DNA from: an uncultured archaeon
Lineage (GTDB): Archaea; Asgardarchaeota; Thorarchaeia; Thorarchaeales; Thorarchaeaceae
Assembly (NCBI GenBank): GCA_964558645.1
Contig: CAZLEV010000001.1
Span: 285,568-349,567, forward strand
Length of the DNA: 64,000 nt
Reading direction: 5' to 3'
Position numbers and translations under genes: made by a program. This document shows positions 50,894 to 61,981 of the stretch, piece after piece. The notes below the pieces were generated by a model. It saw only the letters and a program-made list of their open reading frames with translations, was not told the DNA's origin and made no database searches. The stretch's first letter is position 1. Each line of letters opens with the position of its first letter.

Positions 50894-51045
50894 GGTTCTC
50901 TCACAGCCATATTACTCGATTCGTATTCTCTTTAAGGCAATCTACTGAGCAAGTCTGCGTGCCCAAGTCACTGGTCACAAGTGCTCAGCAAGTTCATTTC
51001 CAGTGACCACGCTCCCTATTAGTCGATCTACTCTGGTGATTACCC

Positions 51046-54000
51046 TTGAGCGAAGAAGCGAATATCGAGATTCGGGAATATGACGAATCGATGGCGGCCA
51101 AGCTCGCAGGCATGTACAACTCGTGGGACGACCTGTGGCCGGGCGGGTTTACTTCTGGTGTTCCATACGATGAAGACCGTGTGCGAGAGCAGTATGAGAA
51201 GATGAGCGCTATAGCCATTCTCATCGCCTGGGATGTCGATGCTGACACTCCGGCTGGATCCTGCACGCTGCACAAACACTGGCGAGATGAAGATGCGGCC
51301 TACATTGGAGTGCTCGGGGCCTCACCTGAGTATCTGGGTAAGAAGGTCGGCAAAAGACTGCTGCTAAGATCTGTGTCTATTGCGACAGAGGAGGGATTCG
51401 CCCGGGTGGACCTGAACACATGGCCTGGAAACATGCGAGCAGTGCCACTGTACAAGAAGGTTGGCCTAATGTGGAATCCTGAAGGGGACGGTGTCCACAT
51501 GGAGGATTATGTACCCTCGATTCTGACCCACCCGCTCTGTCAGCCGTTCTTCAGCGACCTAGCCGATCCAAATGCTTGGTATGAACTACACGTGAGAGAG
51601 ATAGAGCAGGCACCTGACGATTATGATGTGGCGGGCATGAAGGTCTATCCGTACAGGTTCCAATGCGAAGGCAGCGAGCTCGAAGTCACAGTCGACCGAT
51701 ACGCGAGGGGAATCACAGGAATCAAGCGAGCAATAGATGGCAGTATCTTGAGTGTTGATGCTCGCGTGAGTAGACATCTTACGCTCTGTGGTCTACCTTC
51801 TGTCTATTCTCTTGAACTAGCAAATGGGCAGGATGAGACTGTTCGGGTTGAGGTTCACTTGGCGGGGTTCGAGGGTCTTGAATTCCGCGACTCAACGGAT
51901 ATGGAGTGCGAACTGGAGCCCGGTGAGTCTCGGGTATGGACTGTTCCCTTCATTCTAACGGATGAGGCTGAGCTATTCCGACCAGATTTGACCACGCCGT
52001 GCATTGAGGCGAAGCTCAAGATTGATGGCGAGGAATCTACTCTCAGGACAGGCCTTGTCATCAAGCCCGCTGCTGAAGTGGTTGAAAGATTCAACGAGCT
52101 GCGTATTGGCCCCGGGGGAAGGGATGAACTGGTGCTGACCGCAATCGCTGCAGAAGAGTCGATCAGGAGGGGAACTATGCATGTGAGCTGTGAGAGTGAA
52201 GATATCAGCCTCTCAGAAACGGAGTTTGATCTTGATTTTGTGAAAGGGATATCCGGCGCGACGGTCGGAATTGATGTGTCCGATGTGCTGAAAGATCGGG
52301 ACCATGACCTCTGGGTCTGGTTGAAACTGGACGCAAAGAATGGCGAGAACAATGAGATCTCAGTGACAACTAGGCGTTTCAGAGTTCCCATCTACTGTAT
52401 AGCACATGGTGACATTGCATTCGGGTTTGATGATAGAGAGCGCAGGATATGTGCGTTAAGTGCTGACTACAGGGCGTACCTATCACGGGAGGGTGCCATT
52501 CTCCGCGTGTCACACGGCGATGGAAGTGGAAAGAGAGCCTTCTATCTCCAATCTGAGATCGGGCCACCCTTTGGCATGAGCCCGTTCCGTTTCGCCGTGC
52601 GCGAATACATAACGGGTGAGAACGAATGTGAGCGTTGGATCGAGATGTGCGCCAAACATCCGGAGCGGCCTGTTAGAGTCATTGACCGGGTGGTCTTTGA
52701 AAGAAACTCGGGGATTATCCGCCGCGAGGTCTGGGCCGAAAACCTCGGAGGGAGTGAACACACTCTGCAGGTTCGCATTGGAGCCGGTGGCGGCATCTCT
52801 TTGGATTCTGGCAGGTCATTTGTTCCCTTGAAAGATGGGATACTAGAATCTCCGGTTGGCTCGGGCTATTCGAGCTTCCCTGCTATACCTAGCAGTGTTG
52901 ATGAATGGGCGGAAGGTTGGGTTGCATATCAGAGCTACGCGGGCACAACAGGGATGTTCTGGGCTTTGGACGAGGTAGAGGAGATTCGACTGGGAATGAA
53001 ATGTGTTTCTCGCCTTGGATTTCCGATGATGACACTCTCAGAAGGAGAAAAGCGCTGTCTTAGCAGAGTATACTTGGCCATGGGGGCTGGCGGGTGGAAT
53101 GACATAAGATCGCGGTATCGAGCACGGATCTTGCAATCTTATCCTGCACTCCCCGCAAAGTCAGAAGATGACCAGACGCATTCCCTATTTGAACTCCAAA
53201 CCTCACCTGTCATAGCTTCAGCTACCGAACCCGTGGAGATGGATATCCTACTGAGAAAAATGGTCAAGCCCCCGATGATGGGTAGTCTAGAGGTTGTACC
53301 ACCTGAGGGATGGGCCGCTGAGATTCTCGAGCCAGCGTCTGCAGAAGTTGAAGCTCAGGATGGACTTCTCCGTATGCATGGTCTTGAGGTTTCAGAGGAC
53401 GCCAGAATACGACTCCGTGTTATTCCACACGATAACTTGGACCCTTCATTCGGAATCCACACTGGTCATATCCGATTCAAGACCAACATGATTTTCGAAA
53501 CAGATTATCATATTGTGGTTCTGGGTGACAAAAAGGGTAAGACTGCGGTGGAGAAAGGTATGGAGCAGGGGAGGGAGATATACTTTGTTGATAACGGACT
53601 ATGCAGGTTCAAGGTGTCTCCTGATTATGGCGGGTGCATGATCTCTCTTACGACACCAAAGGGCACTGAGCTTCTAGTTTCCTCATTTCCAGATCCTACC
53701 CCGAAACCCGGTGGCTTTCTCGAGAACTATCACGGTGGTGTTCAACCGCTGGTCTTTAGTTCAGAACCCGGGGACGACCTCCCGAAGGCACCGACTAACA
53801 GAGAGAAGATGAGGGGACGAACTATCCAGCGAGGAATATGGAAGGGTGTTTCCATCGAGTGGCAAGGCTCTCTGCAACGCTCAACTAGGGGTGTTGACTT
53901 CGCCATCGAATACCTGACCACAGTCGGAAGCCCTCTGATACTGATTGAATTTGCAGTACAGAATCGGACTTCAGGGGCAGTAGACTTCATGCCCTCTCTC

Positions 54001-54366
54001 TTCGTAGATGCTGCATTCGACGGTTCTATTGATGATGTCCTTCTGCAGACCGAATGGGAGAGTCAGGTACAGGATGTGCGACCAAGCAATATCATCTCGG
54101 CTATCAACCCTACAGCCAACTTCTTCTGGATCCGGAATGGCTCTACCCCAGATGGTGAAGGACTGGGACTGGTAACAGCGGGCATCAAACCGTCGATGCT
54201 TGGCCTTATTGCACCTGGACTGTTGATTACTGGAGCTTACGACTCTGATACAGTCCTGCGTCCGGGTGAGAGTCGTACTTTCAGAAGCTGTCTGTTGGTG
54301 AATCCGAGCGAAACGAATGAGCTGATGAAACTACAGGACTTGTTGATTGCTATCTCTCAGGACTAG
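51046..54366 (+). CDS. Large protein with N-terminal GNAT domain and multiple beta-rich domains
   Basis: YLGKKVGKRLL acetyl-CoA motif, TWPGNMRAVPLYKK; about 950 further aa. Confidence 0.8.
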   Translation: MSEEANIEIREYDESMAAKLAGMYNSWDDLWPGGFTSGVPYDEDRVREQYEKMSAIAILIAWDVDADTPAGSCTLHKHWRDEDAAYIGVLGASPEYLGKKVGKRLLLRSVSIATEEGFARVDLNTWPGNMRAVPLYKKVGLMWNPEGDGVHMEDYVPSILTHPLCQPFFSDLADPNAWYELHVREIEQAPDDYDVAGMKVYPYRFQCEGSELEVTVDRYARGITGIKRAIDGSILSVDARVSRHLTLCGLPSVYSLELANGQDETVRVEVHLAGFEGLEFRDSTDMECELEPGESRVWTVPFILTDEAELFRPDLTTPCIEAKLKIDGEESTLRTGLVIKPAAEVVERFNELRIGPGGRDELVLTAIAAEESIRRGTMHVSCESEDISLSETEFDLDFVKGISGATVGIDVSDVLKDRDHDLWVWLKLDAKNGENNEISVTTRRFRVPIYCIAHGDIAFGFDDRERRICALSADYRAYLSREGAILRVSHGDGSGKRAFYLQSEIGPPFGMSPFRFAVREYITGENECERWIEMCAKHPERPVRVIDRVVFERNSGIIRREVWAENLGGSEHTLQVRIGAGGGISLDSGRSFVPLKDGILESPVGSGYSSFPAIPSSVDEWAEGWVAYQSYAGTTGMFWALDEVEEIRLGMKCVSRLGFPMMTLSEGEKRCLSRVYLAMGAGGWNDIRSRYRARILQSYPALPAKSEDDQTHSLFELQTSPVIASATEPVEMDILLRKMVKPPMMGSLEVVPPEGWAAEILEPASAEVEAQDGLLRMHGLEVSEDARIRLRVIPHDNLDPSFGIHTGHIRFKTNMIFETDYHIVVLGDKKGKTAVEKGMEQGREIYFVDNGLCRFKVSPDYGGCMISLTTPKGTELLVSSFPDPTPKPGGFLENYHGGVQPLVFSSEPGDDLPKAPTNREKMRGRTIQRGIWKGVSIEWQGSLQRSTRGVDFAIEYLTTVGSPLILIEFAVQNRTSGAVDFMPSLFVDAAFDGSIDDVLLQTEWESQVQDVRPSNIISAINPTANFFWIRNGSTPDGEGLGLVTAGIKPSMLGLIAPGLLITGAYDSDTVLRPGESRTFRSCLLVNPSETNELMKLQDLLIAISQD

Positions 54367-54915
54367 CCATCCCGCTGTATTCCTCTCATGTCAGGTTGTG
54401 GTGGAGAATGACGTGGCAGAAAGCGAGTTAAACATTCATAGCGTGATTCGTGAAAGTCATGGTAAAGAGCCTGAGAATGAAATCACACCTGACCCCGTTT
54501 GACTGGACCACGAGGTGCCGGATTGGTGGGGCATCTGAAAGGCGGCAAGTGCCATTCATTGCGATCACACAGTCTGGAGGATTTCTCGCTGTTCTTTTGA
54601 GTTGTGGAAGAACGAAGATGTTCGTATTGCGAATCAACAATACTCACATGGTTGTTTACAAACCGATGATTCTTTCAGGTTCAAGTGCATTCCATTCAGA
54701 TAAGAGAGGTTGTAGTTCTGGATTTCCGTTCGAGTGAGATTCTCCCTCTCGTTTTTCTCTTTGATGACCACATCACTTTTTACTGAGTGGATCTATCCTC
54801 CACTGGGTAGTTATTGTGCATGAGGAGCAGGCATGGAATCTATCCGTTCTGATAGAAGCCAATTCCATGATGGCAGTGAGAAGACGGGCTGCTATAACAT
54901 TCAGGGGGATGAGAT

Positions 54916-57021
54916 ATGGCTTTTGAGTATCCAAAAACGAAGAGAGAAGATATTGTTGAAGAGATTCACGGAAGAAAGATTGAGGACCCCTACAGGTGGC
55001 TTGAGGACGCTGAGTCACCCGATGTGCAGAAATGGGTGGACAAACAGAATGAACTCACGAATGAGGTCCTTAAGAAATACCCTGGAAGCAAGAAGATCGC
55101 ATCACGCCTTCGAGAGCTGTACTTCTATGATAACATCCTAGATGGTAGCCTCGGGGTCAGAAAGACGGAGCGAGGTGTTCGTTTCTTCTACTTATATCGG
55201 AAAGCAGCTCAGCAGCAACCAACATTATGCTACCAAGATGGTGAAACGGGACATCGAGTAGTTCTCTTTGATCCAATCATTGAATCGGAAGAGGGACTAT
55301 TGTCAATAGACTGGTATTATCCGAGTTTTGATGGCAGTTTCATAGCATTTGGAATCTCTGAAGCTGGAACAGAGATGAGCACACTCCAAGTTATGGATGT
55401 AGAGAAGAAAACACTCCTCAAAGACAGGATTCCAAGAACAAAGTGGTGCAGTCTTAGGTGGATAGACAATATTGGATTCTATTACTCCCGGTATCCTTTA
55501 CCCAACACGGTGTCCGCTGAGGATGAGCATTACTATCATCATGTATACTATCACAGACTGGGGGACGACTATCATCGAGATGTGAAGGTATTCGGAGAGG
55601 GGAGACCCAAGACCGAGCATCCATTACTCTACATGAATGATGATTCAACATTGCTGGCAGTCTTGAGTGAGCGTTTTGTCAGTTCAGACATCCATATTGC
55701 CAGAGTTGACAACCGCAATCCGGGGTCATTGGATTTCAAGGCACTTATTGAGAGTGACTCATTTTCTAGCTGCCCAGGGTTCCACCAAGACTATGTCTAT
55801 GTGAATACTCAGATTGATGCTCCGAATGGCCAGATACTACGATACGATCTGTCTGGGTTCAAAGAGGGCGGAACGATTCCCGAGCCGAAACTTGTCGTTG
55901 AGGAGGGAGAGGGCGTCATCTTTTCTCAAGCAAATCCCTCTAGGTTCAAAGTGTTTGGGGATAGCATTGCTGTAGTTGAAGACAAGAATGCTTCGAGTTA
56001 TCTCAAAATTTACGATGTCGGGTCAGGGAATTTAGTTGATGATATTGATTTCGAAACATATGTTACCTTGTTTCAGGTGGAATCAGCCGCTGGATTGGAT
56101 GGATTGTATTATAGCCTGGCAAGTTTCTTCTCTCCGACAACTTACTATCGCTATAAGGAGGGTGAGTCACATATTGTTCATAGAGCGGACCTCTCTCTGA
56201 TTCCAGATGACTTCAGATCCGAGTTTATCTGGTTCGATTCTAAAGACGGAACAAAGGTGTCTATGTTTCTTCTTTCAAAGAATGGTGCAGAGATCTCTGA
56301 AGAAACACCGATTCTTCTCACTGGATACGGCGGCTTCGGAATCGGAATGTCTCCGTTCTATCAGCCACCTATTGTTATGTGGGTTGAAAATGGTGGTGTC
56401 TTGGCGATCCCTCATCTGAGGGGTGGCGGTGAGTACGGTCATCAGTGGCATCGAGCTGGAAACCGAGAGAACAAGCAGAATGTGTTTGATGACTTCATAT
56501 CAGCTGCAGAGTGGCTTACTGAGAACCGTGTCGGCGGCAGAGACTCTTTAGCTATCTCTGGAGGGAGTAATGGCGGGCTGCTTGTTGGGGCGGCATTGGT
56601 TCAACGACCAGACCTCCTCAAGGCAGTAGTATGCGGTGTCCCTCTGCTCGATATGATCAGGTATACCAACTTCCAAGTTGCAAAGACATGGGCTACGGAA
56701 TACGGGGACCCTGAAGTGCGGGAGGAATTCGAGTGGTTGTACACCTACAGCCCTTATCATCATGTGAAAGAGGGAGAACGATATCCTGCAACACTCCTCC
56801 ACACGGCCTTGGGTGACACTCGCGTCGATCCCATGCATGCTTTCAAGATGGCAGCAAGACTTCAGGCAAGCTCTAGGGCACCAATAGAAGAGGCCCCCAT
56901 CATCCTCCATACAGAGAGCAAAGCTGGCCATGGTGCAGGAAGGTCACTTGAGAAGACTGTGGACCTTCAAACCAGACTGATTCTGTTCATGGCGCATCAT
57001 ACCGGACTCGGTTTTGATTAA
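54916..57021 (+). CDS. Prolyl oligopeptidase (S9A)
   Basis: DPYRWLED, GYGG, RGGGEYG, GGSNGG, DTRV, AGHG. Confidence 0.96.
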   Translation: MAFEYPKTKREDIVEEIHGRKIEDPYRWLEDAESPDVQKWVDKQNELTNEVLKKYPGSKKIASRLRELYFYDNILDGSLGVRKTERGVRFFYLYRKAAQQQPTLCYQDGETGHRVVLFDPIIESEEGLLSIDWYYPSFDGSFIAFGISEAGTEMSTLQVMDVEKKTLLKDRIPRTKWCSLRWIDNIGFYYSRYPLPNTVSAEDEHYYHHVYYHRLGDDYHRDVKVFGEGRPKTEHPLLYMNDDSTLLAVLSERFVSSDIHIARVDNRNPGSLDFKALIESDSFSSCPGFHQDYVYVNTQIDAPNGQILRYDLSGFKEGGTIPEPKLVVEEGEGVIFSQANPSRFKVFGDSIAVVEDKNASSYLKIYDVGSGNLVDDIDFETYVTLFQVESAAGLDGLYYSLASFFSPTTYYRYKEGESHIVHRADLSLIPDDFRSEFIWFDSKDGTKVSMFLLSKNGAEISEETPILLTGYGGFGIGMSPFYQPPIVMWVENGGVLAIPHLRGGGEYGHQWHRAGNRENKQNVFDDFISAAEWLTENRVGGRDSLAISGGSNGGLLVGAALVQRPDLLKAVVCGVPLLDMIRYTNFQVAKTWATEYGDPEVREEFEWLYTYSPYHHVKEGERYPATLLHTALGDTRVDPMHAFKMAARLQASSRAPIEEAPIILHTESKAGHGAGRSLEKTVDLQTRLILFMAHHTGLGFD

Positions 57022-57155
57022 GAGAATGATACATTACTGGCACTCTTTGTAGCTCAGGCATCATCGCCCTTCAGATTCAAGTCTGACTGCACAATACTGT
57101 GGTATGCTGTTGTAGACATGTATTCGCCACACATGCTATCTGAGTCCAAACACAA

Positions 57156-59486
57156 TCATTCGTGCTCTTTCCGTATTTCCAATAGCGCCGCATTCGGTAG
57201 GAGTAGCAGAGATGCGGCTGGTGGCTGTGATGAGGCATCTTGGCCAATTTCGACAAGATTCAACACATGCTCTGAAGAGGGCTGCATAGCAGAATGCCCC
57301 AATTCCAAGACGAACGAACCCATCCATTCAGCCATCTGGGGTGCTTCATCTGACTCTAGCATGGCCCACCAATCTTCGTCTGTCAGCCGTTCGCTCATGG
57401 GTAACGTGAACTCATAGTGCGAATACATTGCACCTCTGGCAAGGAATACCTCCCCCTCCTCAGTAGGTACAGCGACAAAAACCACCATGGGATTGCCGGT
57501 AGCCTCATGCAACACAAGCCCGCTTACCGTATCTGTATGAACATCCGCGACCAAGGCGGCTCGCCCACCCTGCCCACTGATGCCCTCTATGTACGCAAGC
57601 TCTCTTCCGATACGTTCGAGCAGATACCACTCTGCAGCGTCCAAGGGGATGGCAGAGAGCTGCTTTTCCGAGATGGTCTGAAGCTGTCTGAGCAGGTTGT
57701 GTAGTGAAACTAATCTATCTGTTATGTCCTCAACAATGAGGCCTCGAGCAGTCAGTCCGTCAAGCATCATCTTACATAGCGATGCAAGCCGAGCATAGAG
57801 TTTGGGGACGGGTTCAACATACCCGGGAGGTGGAACCACCTCGCCAATGTATTGAGTATAGGATTGTTTAGCATAGAGAATGGTATCATGCTTCAATTCG
57901 GTCCATGTTCCAAGGCAGGTAGTGAGCTGCTTGTCAAGCCAAGGCTCACTAAGCATGAATGATGGGTTGCCTTCCTCCGGATTCTCCAGTAGTGATTTGA
58001 ATGAGTAGAGCCATGCCCAGTAGAGGTTCTGCGTCCATTCATCCTGACTTAGATTGCCGTATTGCTCCTTCAGCGTGTCGATGTTTTCTGAATAGTTCTG
58101 ATACCCCTTTTGGTCATCAAGATGTTCCCACGCTCGGTTCGAGCCAAGGACAGCCATGACGTCAAGCGCCTTCGGCAATAATCTCCAAGGCACTTGCATA
58201 TGGGTCAGTTCGCTGAACATGTAGGAGTCTGGGATGAACCTCTGGCCCATGAAACGCATTCCCTTGGTGACATTGATGCTCTGATAATCCCACACGAATC
58301 CTGAGATGATTCGTGGACTTCTAGCTTCTTTTGCCGTTGCAATAAAAGTCCCAAGGCGCGTGCTATCGCACAATTCAGTCAGATTGCTTGGGTCATCATA
58401 TACCTCGTCTATGATTGACATGTATTCATCAGGTGTAAGGTCATCACTAGTGCCTACGAAGAAGGAGGTGGTATCGTAGATCTGCTGCCAGAACTGCAGT
58501 GGAGAGGTAGAGTCAATGAAGAGCGAGCTCGGCATTTGGAAGGCACGACACATGAGAATGGCCTGAGCGGTTTCGTTCCTTCCCTTCTCCCAATTATCTT
58601 GTTCGTTCAACCAATCATCACCTAGCTCCAGTCTAAATGCCACTCTGGCAAGCCACGTGATGATTCTGAAGAACCTGATGGACGAGTTGGACTCAGTGTA
58701 GTGCCCTCGTGGAATGAACTGCGTGAAATCCAATCTTTGATTCATGAACCAGTCCTTTCTGAATCCTGCTGCATTATCTATCAAACTGAGGACGGTATGA
58801 ACCCAATCCTCAACTAGTTCAGGACAGGACCAATTCGGGTCGTGCAGTTTTGCAGCTACTGAGAAGAATGCAGTGTTCTTCTTAGCATAATCCTTCCACC
58901 TAGGATCTGACAGACGCATGTATTGACTGAGCGAGGTTTCAACCATGTGTCGTGAGAGGTTTCCTATGCGGTTCATGAAGTGCGTTTCCTCAATTCTTCG
59001 GAGAGCCAGATTGTAGAGTACATGGTATGCATGCAAGACAGAGTCTGACGTCACAAAAGATGGCCATTCGTAGTCGTAGTTCTGCCGATAGATGTTCGAG
59101 AACAGTGTGTTGTCTGACGGTATGGCTACGAAATAGTGGTCAGCAATGGCATTTCTTGCATCATCCGACAGGAACGAGAAGGACTGAAGATTGATGACAT
59201 TGGAGAGGTTCTGTTCAAGATAGTATTGTGGTGTATTCAGCGTGTAGTTCACATCATATTCTTGATACTCTGCAAAGGGGCGCCACTGAAACTCAACATC
59301 CCTGGGCTCATAGACGGTATCATCTATTGGATCGGCAGGGGTTTCATCGTTACGTCCACTATCTCTGAGCATGTTGCCTATCAGTGCCCCAGAGAGGCCA
59401 GAAACTGATATGATTACTATCACAAGTAGGGCGATGAAAGCGTTGGACTTTCCTTGGAACAATCCTCTAGAAGACACAAATTCCAC
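57156..59486 (-). CDS. DUF3160 family membrane-anchored extracellular protein
   Basis: FVTSDSVLH, PRGHY, MGQRFIPD, WTELKHDTILYAKQ, GYVEP, ADVHT; N-terminal TM. Confidence 0.85.
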   Translation of the reverse strand: MEFVSSRGLFQGKSNAFIALLVIVIISVSGLSGALIGNMLRDSGRNDETPADPIDDTVYEPRDVEFQWRPFAEYQEYDVNYTLNTPQYYLEQNLSNVINLQSFSFLSDDARNAIADHYFVAIPSDNTLFSNIYRQNYDYEWPSFVTSDSVLHAYHVLYNLALRRIEETHFMNRIGNLSRHMVETSLSQYMRLSDPRWKDYAKKNTAFFSVAAKLHDPNWSCPELVEDWVHTVLSLIDNAAGFRKDWFMNQRLDFTQFIPRGHYTESNSSIRFFRIITWLARVAFRLELGDDWLNEQDNWEKGRNETAQAILMCRAFQMPSSLFIDSTSPLQFWQQIYDTTSFFVGTSDDLTPDEYMSIIDEVYDDPSNLTELCDSTRLGTFIATAKEARSPRIISGFVWDYQSINVTKGMRFMGQRFIPDSYMFSELTHMQVPWRLLPKALDVMAVLGSNRAWEHLDDQKGYQNYSENIDTLKEQYGNLSQDEWTQNLYWAWLYSFKSLLENPEEGNPSFMLSEPWLDKQLTTCLGTWTELKHDTILYAKQSYTQYIGEVVPPPGYVEPVPKLYARLASLCKMMLDGLTARGLIVEDITDRLVSLHNLLRQLQTISEKQLSAIPLDAAEWYLLERIGRELAYIEGISGQGGRAALVADVHTDTVSGLVLHEATGNPMVVFVAVPTEEGEVFLARGAMYSHYEFTLPMSERLTDEDWWAMLESDEAPQMAEWMGSFVLELGHSAMQPSSEHVLNLVEIGQDASSQPPAASLLLLPNAALLEIRKEHE

Positions 59487-59572
59487 CTATATCCATCAAG
59501 CACTCATATATTACAAAGCGAATCTATATCAATTGCATTGTGTGAGTATTTGCACTATAGCTGGAATAGTCC

Positions 59573-60544
59573 TTGCATATCCTTGATGGCATTATTAGCG
59601 CTGTTGATCTCGAGGAGGGAATCCCGCTACCCACAGACCTCATAAGTGAGACGGGTGGGTTATTGCGTCGTGAGAATACTGTGCAGTTGAAAGGCCTCGA
59701 CAAGATGTATGAGAAGCTTCCGGCTTACCAGGGCAAGAGGATTGTTCTTTTACCGCTCAGAGGAGCAGTGACTGCGCTTCTTAGCTGCCTTTTCGTCATT
59801 CTACTAAGCATCACACCCCGTGTGTTTCATGATGTCATCATCCTTGCAATCGTCGAGCCTTTTCTTCCTGTCCTTGGGGGTATTCTCATTGCCATATTGG
59901 CGCTGCGACTCATATGGAGTCTCTGGGATAAGAGAGAGCGCATGTGGGCGCATCATGGAGAACTTGCATACCAGAAGATGATTCATAGAGGGGTCACAGG
60001 TGTTTTTCAGGTGCTTTCCTTGGTTCTTCTGACTCTCATCTCGATTCCGTCTTTCGCATTCGGTTCTCCAGTCAATGAACTCACCATTCATTGGTCAGAG
60101 CCTCTTCTCTTGCTCTTCGGCATAGCTCCAAATCTTCATCTGTGGCTCCGAATCGTTTCAGCGGGAGTCCTGGTTGCGCTCGGGGCACTTACGATTCGAA
60201 GTTCCATCATGACATTCGGTCTGGATTACATGACAGTTGTCTATCTCTACTTCCCTGAGGAGTCAGAGATCCAAGAACATGAGATCTACTCGGTCGTACG
60301 GCATCCCGCGTACTTGGGTGGCATCTTAGTGACGGCGGCTGGTGTCTTCTTCAGATTCTCGGTCTACTCGATTGTCATGTTCCTACTGGTCTGTCTTGTC
60401 TTCAATCTTCAGATTCGTAAGGAAGAGAATGAACTAGTCGAGAGATTTGGTGCTGGTTATCTGGAGTATAGAGAGGAGGTTCCAGCTCTTCTCGTTCGAC
60501 CCAGTAAGCTTAGGATGTATCTCAGGTTCCTGCGGATGGGCTAA
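59573..60544 (+). CDS. ICMT/PEMT family membrane methyltransferase
   Basis: YSVVRHPAY, EE.ELVERFG..Y..Y...VP; start uncertain. Confidence 0.83.
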   Translation: MHILDGIISAVDLEEGIPLPTDLISETGGLLRRENTVQLKGLDKMYEKLPAYQGKRIVLLPLRGAVTALLSCLFVILLSITPRVFHDVIILAIVEPFLPVLGGILIAILALRLIWSLWDKRERMWAHHGELAYQKMIHRGVTGVFQVLSLVLLTLISIPSFAFGSPVNELTIHWSEPLLLLFGIAPNLHLWLRIVSAGVLVALGALTIRSSIMTFGLDYMTVVYLYFPEESEIQEHEIYSVVRHPAYLGGILVTAAGVFFRFSVYSIVMFLLVCLVFNLQIRKEENELVERFGAGYLEYREEVPALLVRPSKLRMYLRFLRMG

Positions 60545-61050
60545 GAGTATGGTATAATGTTTACATAACTGATTCATCCCTATGCTAGCTCGATATTCAG
60601 AGGTGGCTTAGAGCCCTTTCATGAATATTCATCAACCCAGCGCTCAGAACTGCACGATTCACATTGAAAGATGAGTAACACAGAAAGCTAGGCCATAGTC
60701 GCACAATAAAGGGAATGGCCCTGAATTAGGGACCATCAGTTCTATCAATCCCTCGCTTGGATTTCGCTATCAACTTCGTCCTCAATAGACCGTTCATTGT
60801 AAGTCTCTATGAGTGAAGATAAGCATGGATCTCATCGGTTCCAGTCAAGAACATGCAGGTCCTCTTCGCACATGTTTCACTTCTGAATACGAATTCTCTG
60901 AGTTCCTCTGGGTTAGCCTGTCCTCTAATAATCTGACCTGTCTGATTGAAGGTGCGATTGGGTCTAGCTCAGAAATGATGCGTAGTAGAGTCGAGATTTG
61001 TGGGCTAGAGTCCTGCCAAATCATCGCTGTGACGAAGGTGTTGTTCTCAT

Positions 61051-61563
61051 CTAATCTGAACCCAACCTGAAACTATCTGCAATCGTCTTCAGATCGCCAG
61101 TAATGATAGCATGAGGATTATTCGGAACTGCTCTTGAGTTGTTGTAGATTCCAAACAAAAGGAGCAGGCCATACGGTCCGCCGTCGGGAGATGGGACGAG
61201 TGATGCTACCCAGTCCCGCTGCTGGATGTTCTTGCCAGTCTTAAGTATCAGTGCGTTTCGGTCAACCCCGTCTATCTCCAGAGTCAGTTTTCTGCCGAAC
61301 CTCAGCGGCTGGTATTCCGTATCGTCGAACTGTTTCTCCACCGCTTCTCTCAAGACTTTGACATTGTGGTGTTCCGACTTGTACCCGTAGACGGCGAACT
61401 CAACGGAGCCTTGCGGGGGTCTCTCTGCTCTAACATAGCAGTCAGAGCTTGGGAAGCGTTCAATGGTCAGTGCTGTCCCTGACCGATCAAATGCGAAAGC
61501 GATTGGCGGAAGGTCCTTGTCCCAGCTCTCTGAACCACCGATTCTGATGAGTTGCTCTTTCAC
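61051..61563 (-). CDS. Hypothetical protein
   Basis: 170-aa ORF with globular composition; GGAG upstream of the GTG start. Confidence 0.6.
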   Translation of the reverse strand: MKEQLIRIGGSESWDKDLPPIAFAFDRSGTALTIERFPSSDCYVRAERPPQGSVEFAVYGYKSEHHNVKVLREAVEKQFDDTEYQPLRFGRKLTLEIDGVDRNALILKTGKNIQQRDWVASLVPSPDGGPYGLLLLFGIYNNSRAVPNNPHAIITGDLKTIADSFRLGSD

Positions 61564-61981
61564 ACCGTATCTCTCCTTGCAGAGTTGGCAGGGTCTGTCT
61601 TTGTGTTATATGGCAAATCGTCTAGTGGTTGTGATTCATGCTTCATCTATTCATGCGCCTCTTTCGGCAGGTGTCGGCTATTCAAATCGCTACAGCTCAA
61701 GTTCTGTCTCAGTGGTTTCAGTAGGTCTTCATTCCACAGAGTACGAGTGTTCCTCGTGTACAAAGCCACACTCTTGTTGTGTGCTTATAAAACTGTCCAT
61801 ATTAATAGCGTATGGACCAATTAGGCTTCTCATAATCCTTAGTTCACGGTTTAGAAAGCTATCATCCGAATATGTGCGTATGCCGAAGAAGCCTCACATA
61901 GGCGGTCACTCTCATGGCATTTCAGGTGGCTCTTGTTGTGTATCCGTATCTCTAATCCAACAAGCAACTTCAAGAGGGACC

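Noticed and set aside
34344-54814. Shared 10-mer ATAACTACCC in two intergenic regions (opposite strands)
   Set aside because: A 10-bp match is expected by chance at this scale, and the flanks do not align.
61463-61981. N-terminal 173 aa of the 305-aa ORF
   Set aside because: Overlaps the opposite-strand gene and an AT-rich promoter-like region; only the SCP2 part looks coding.
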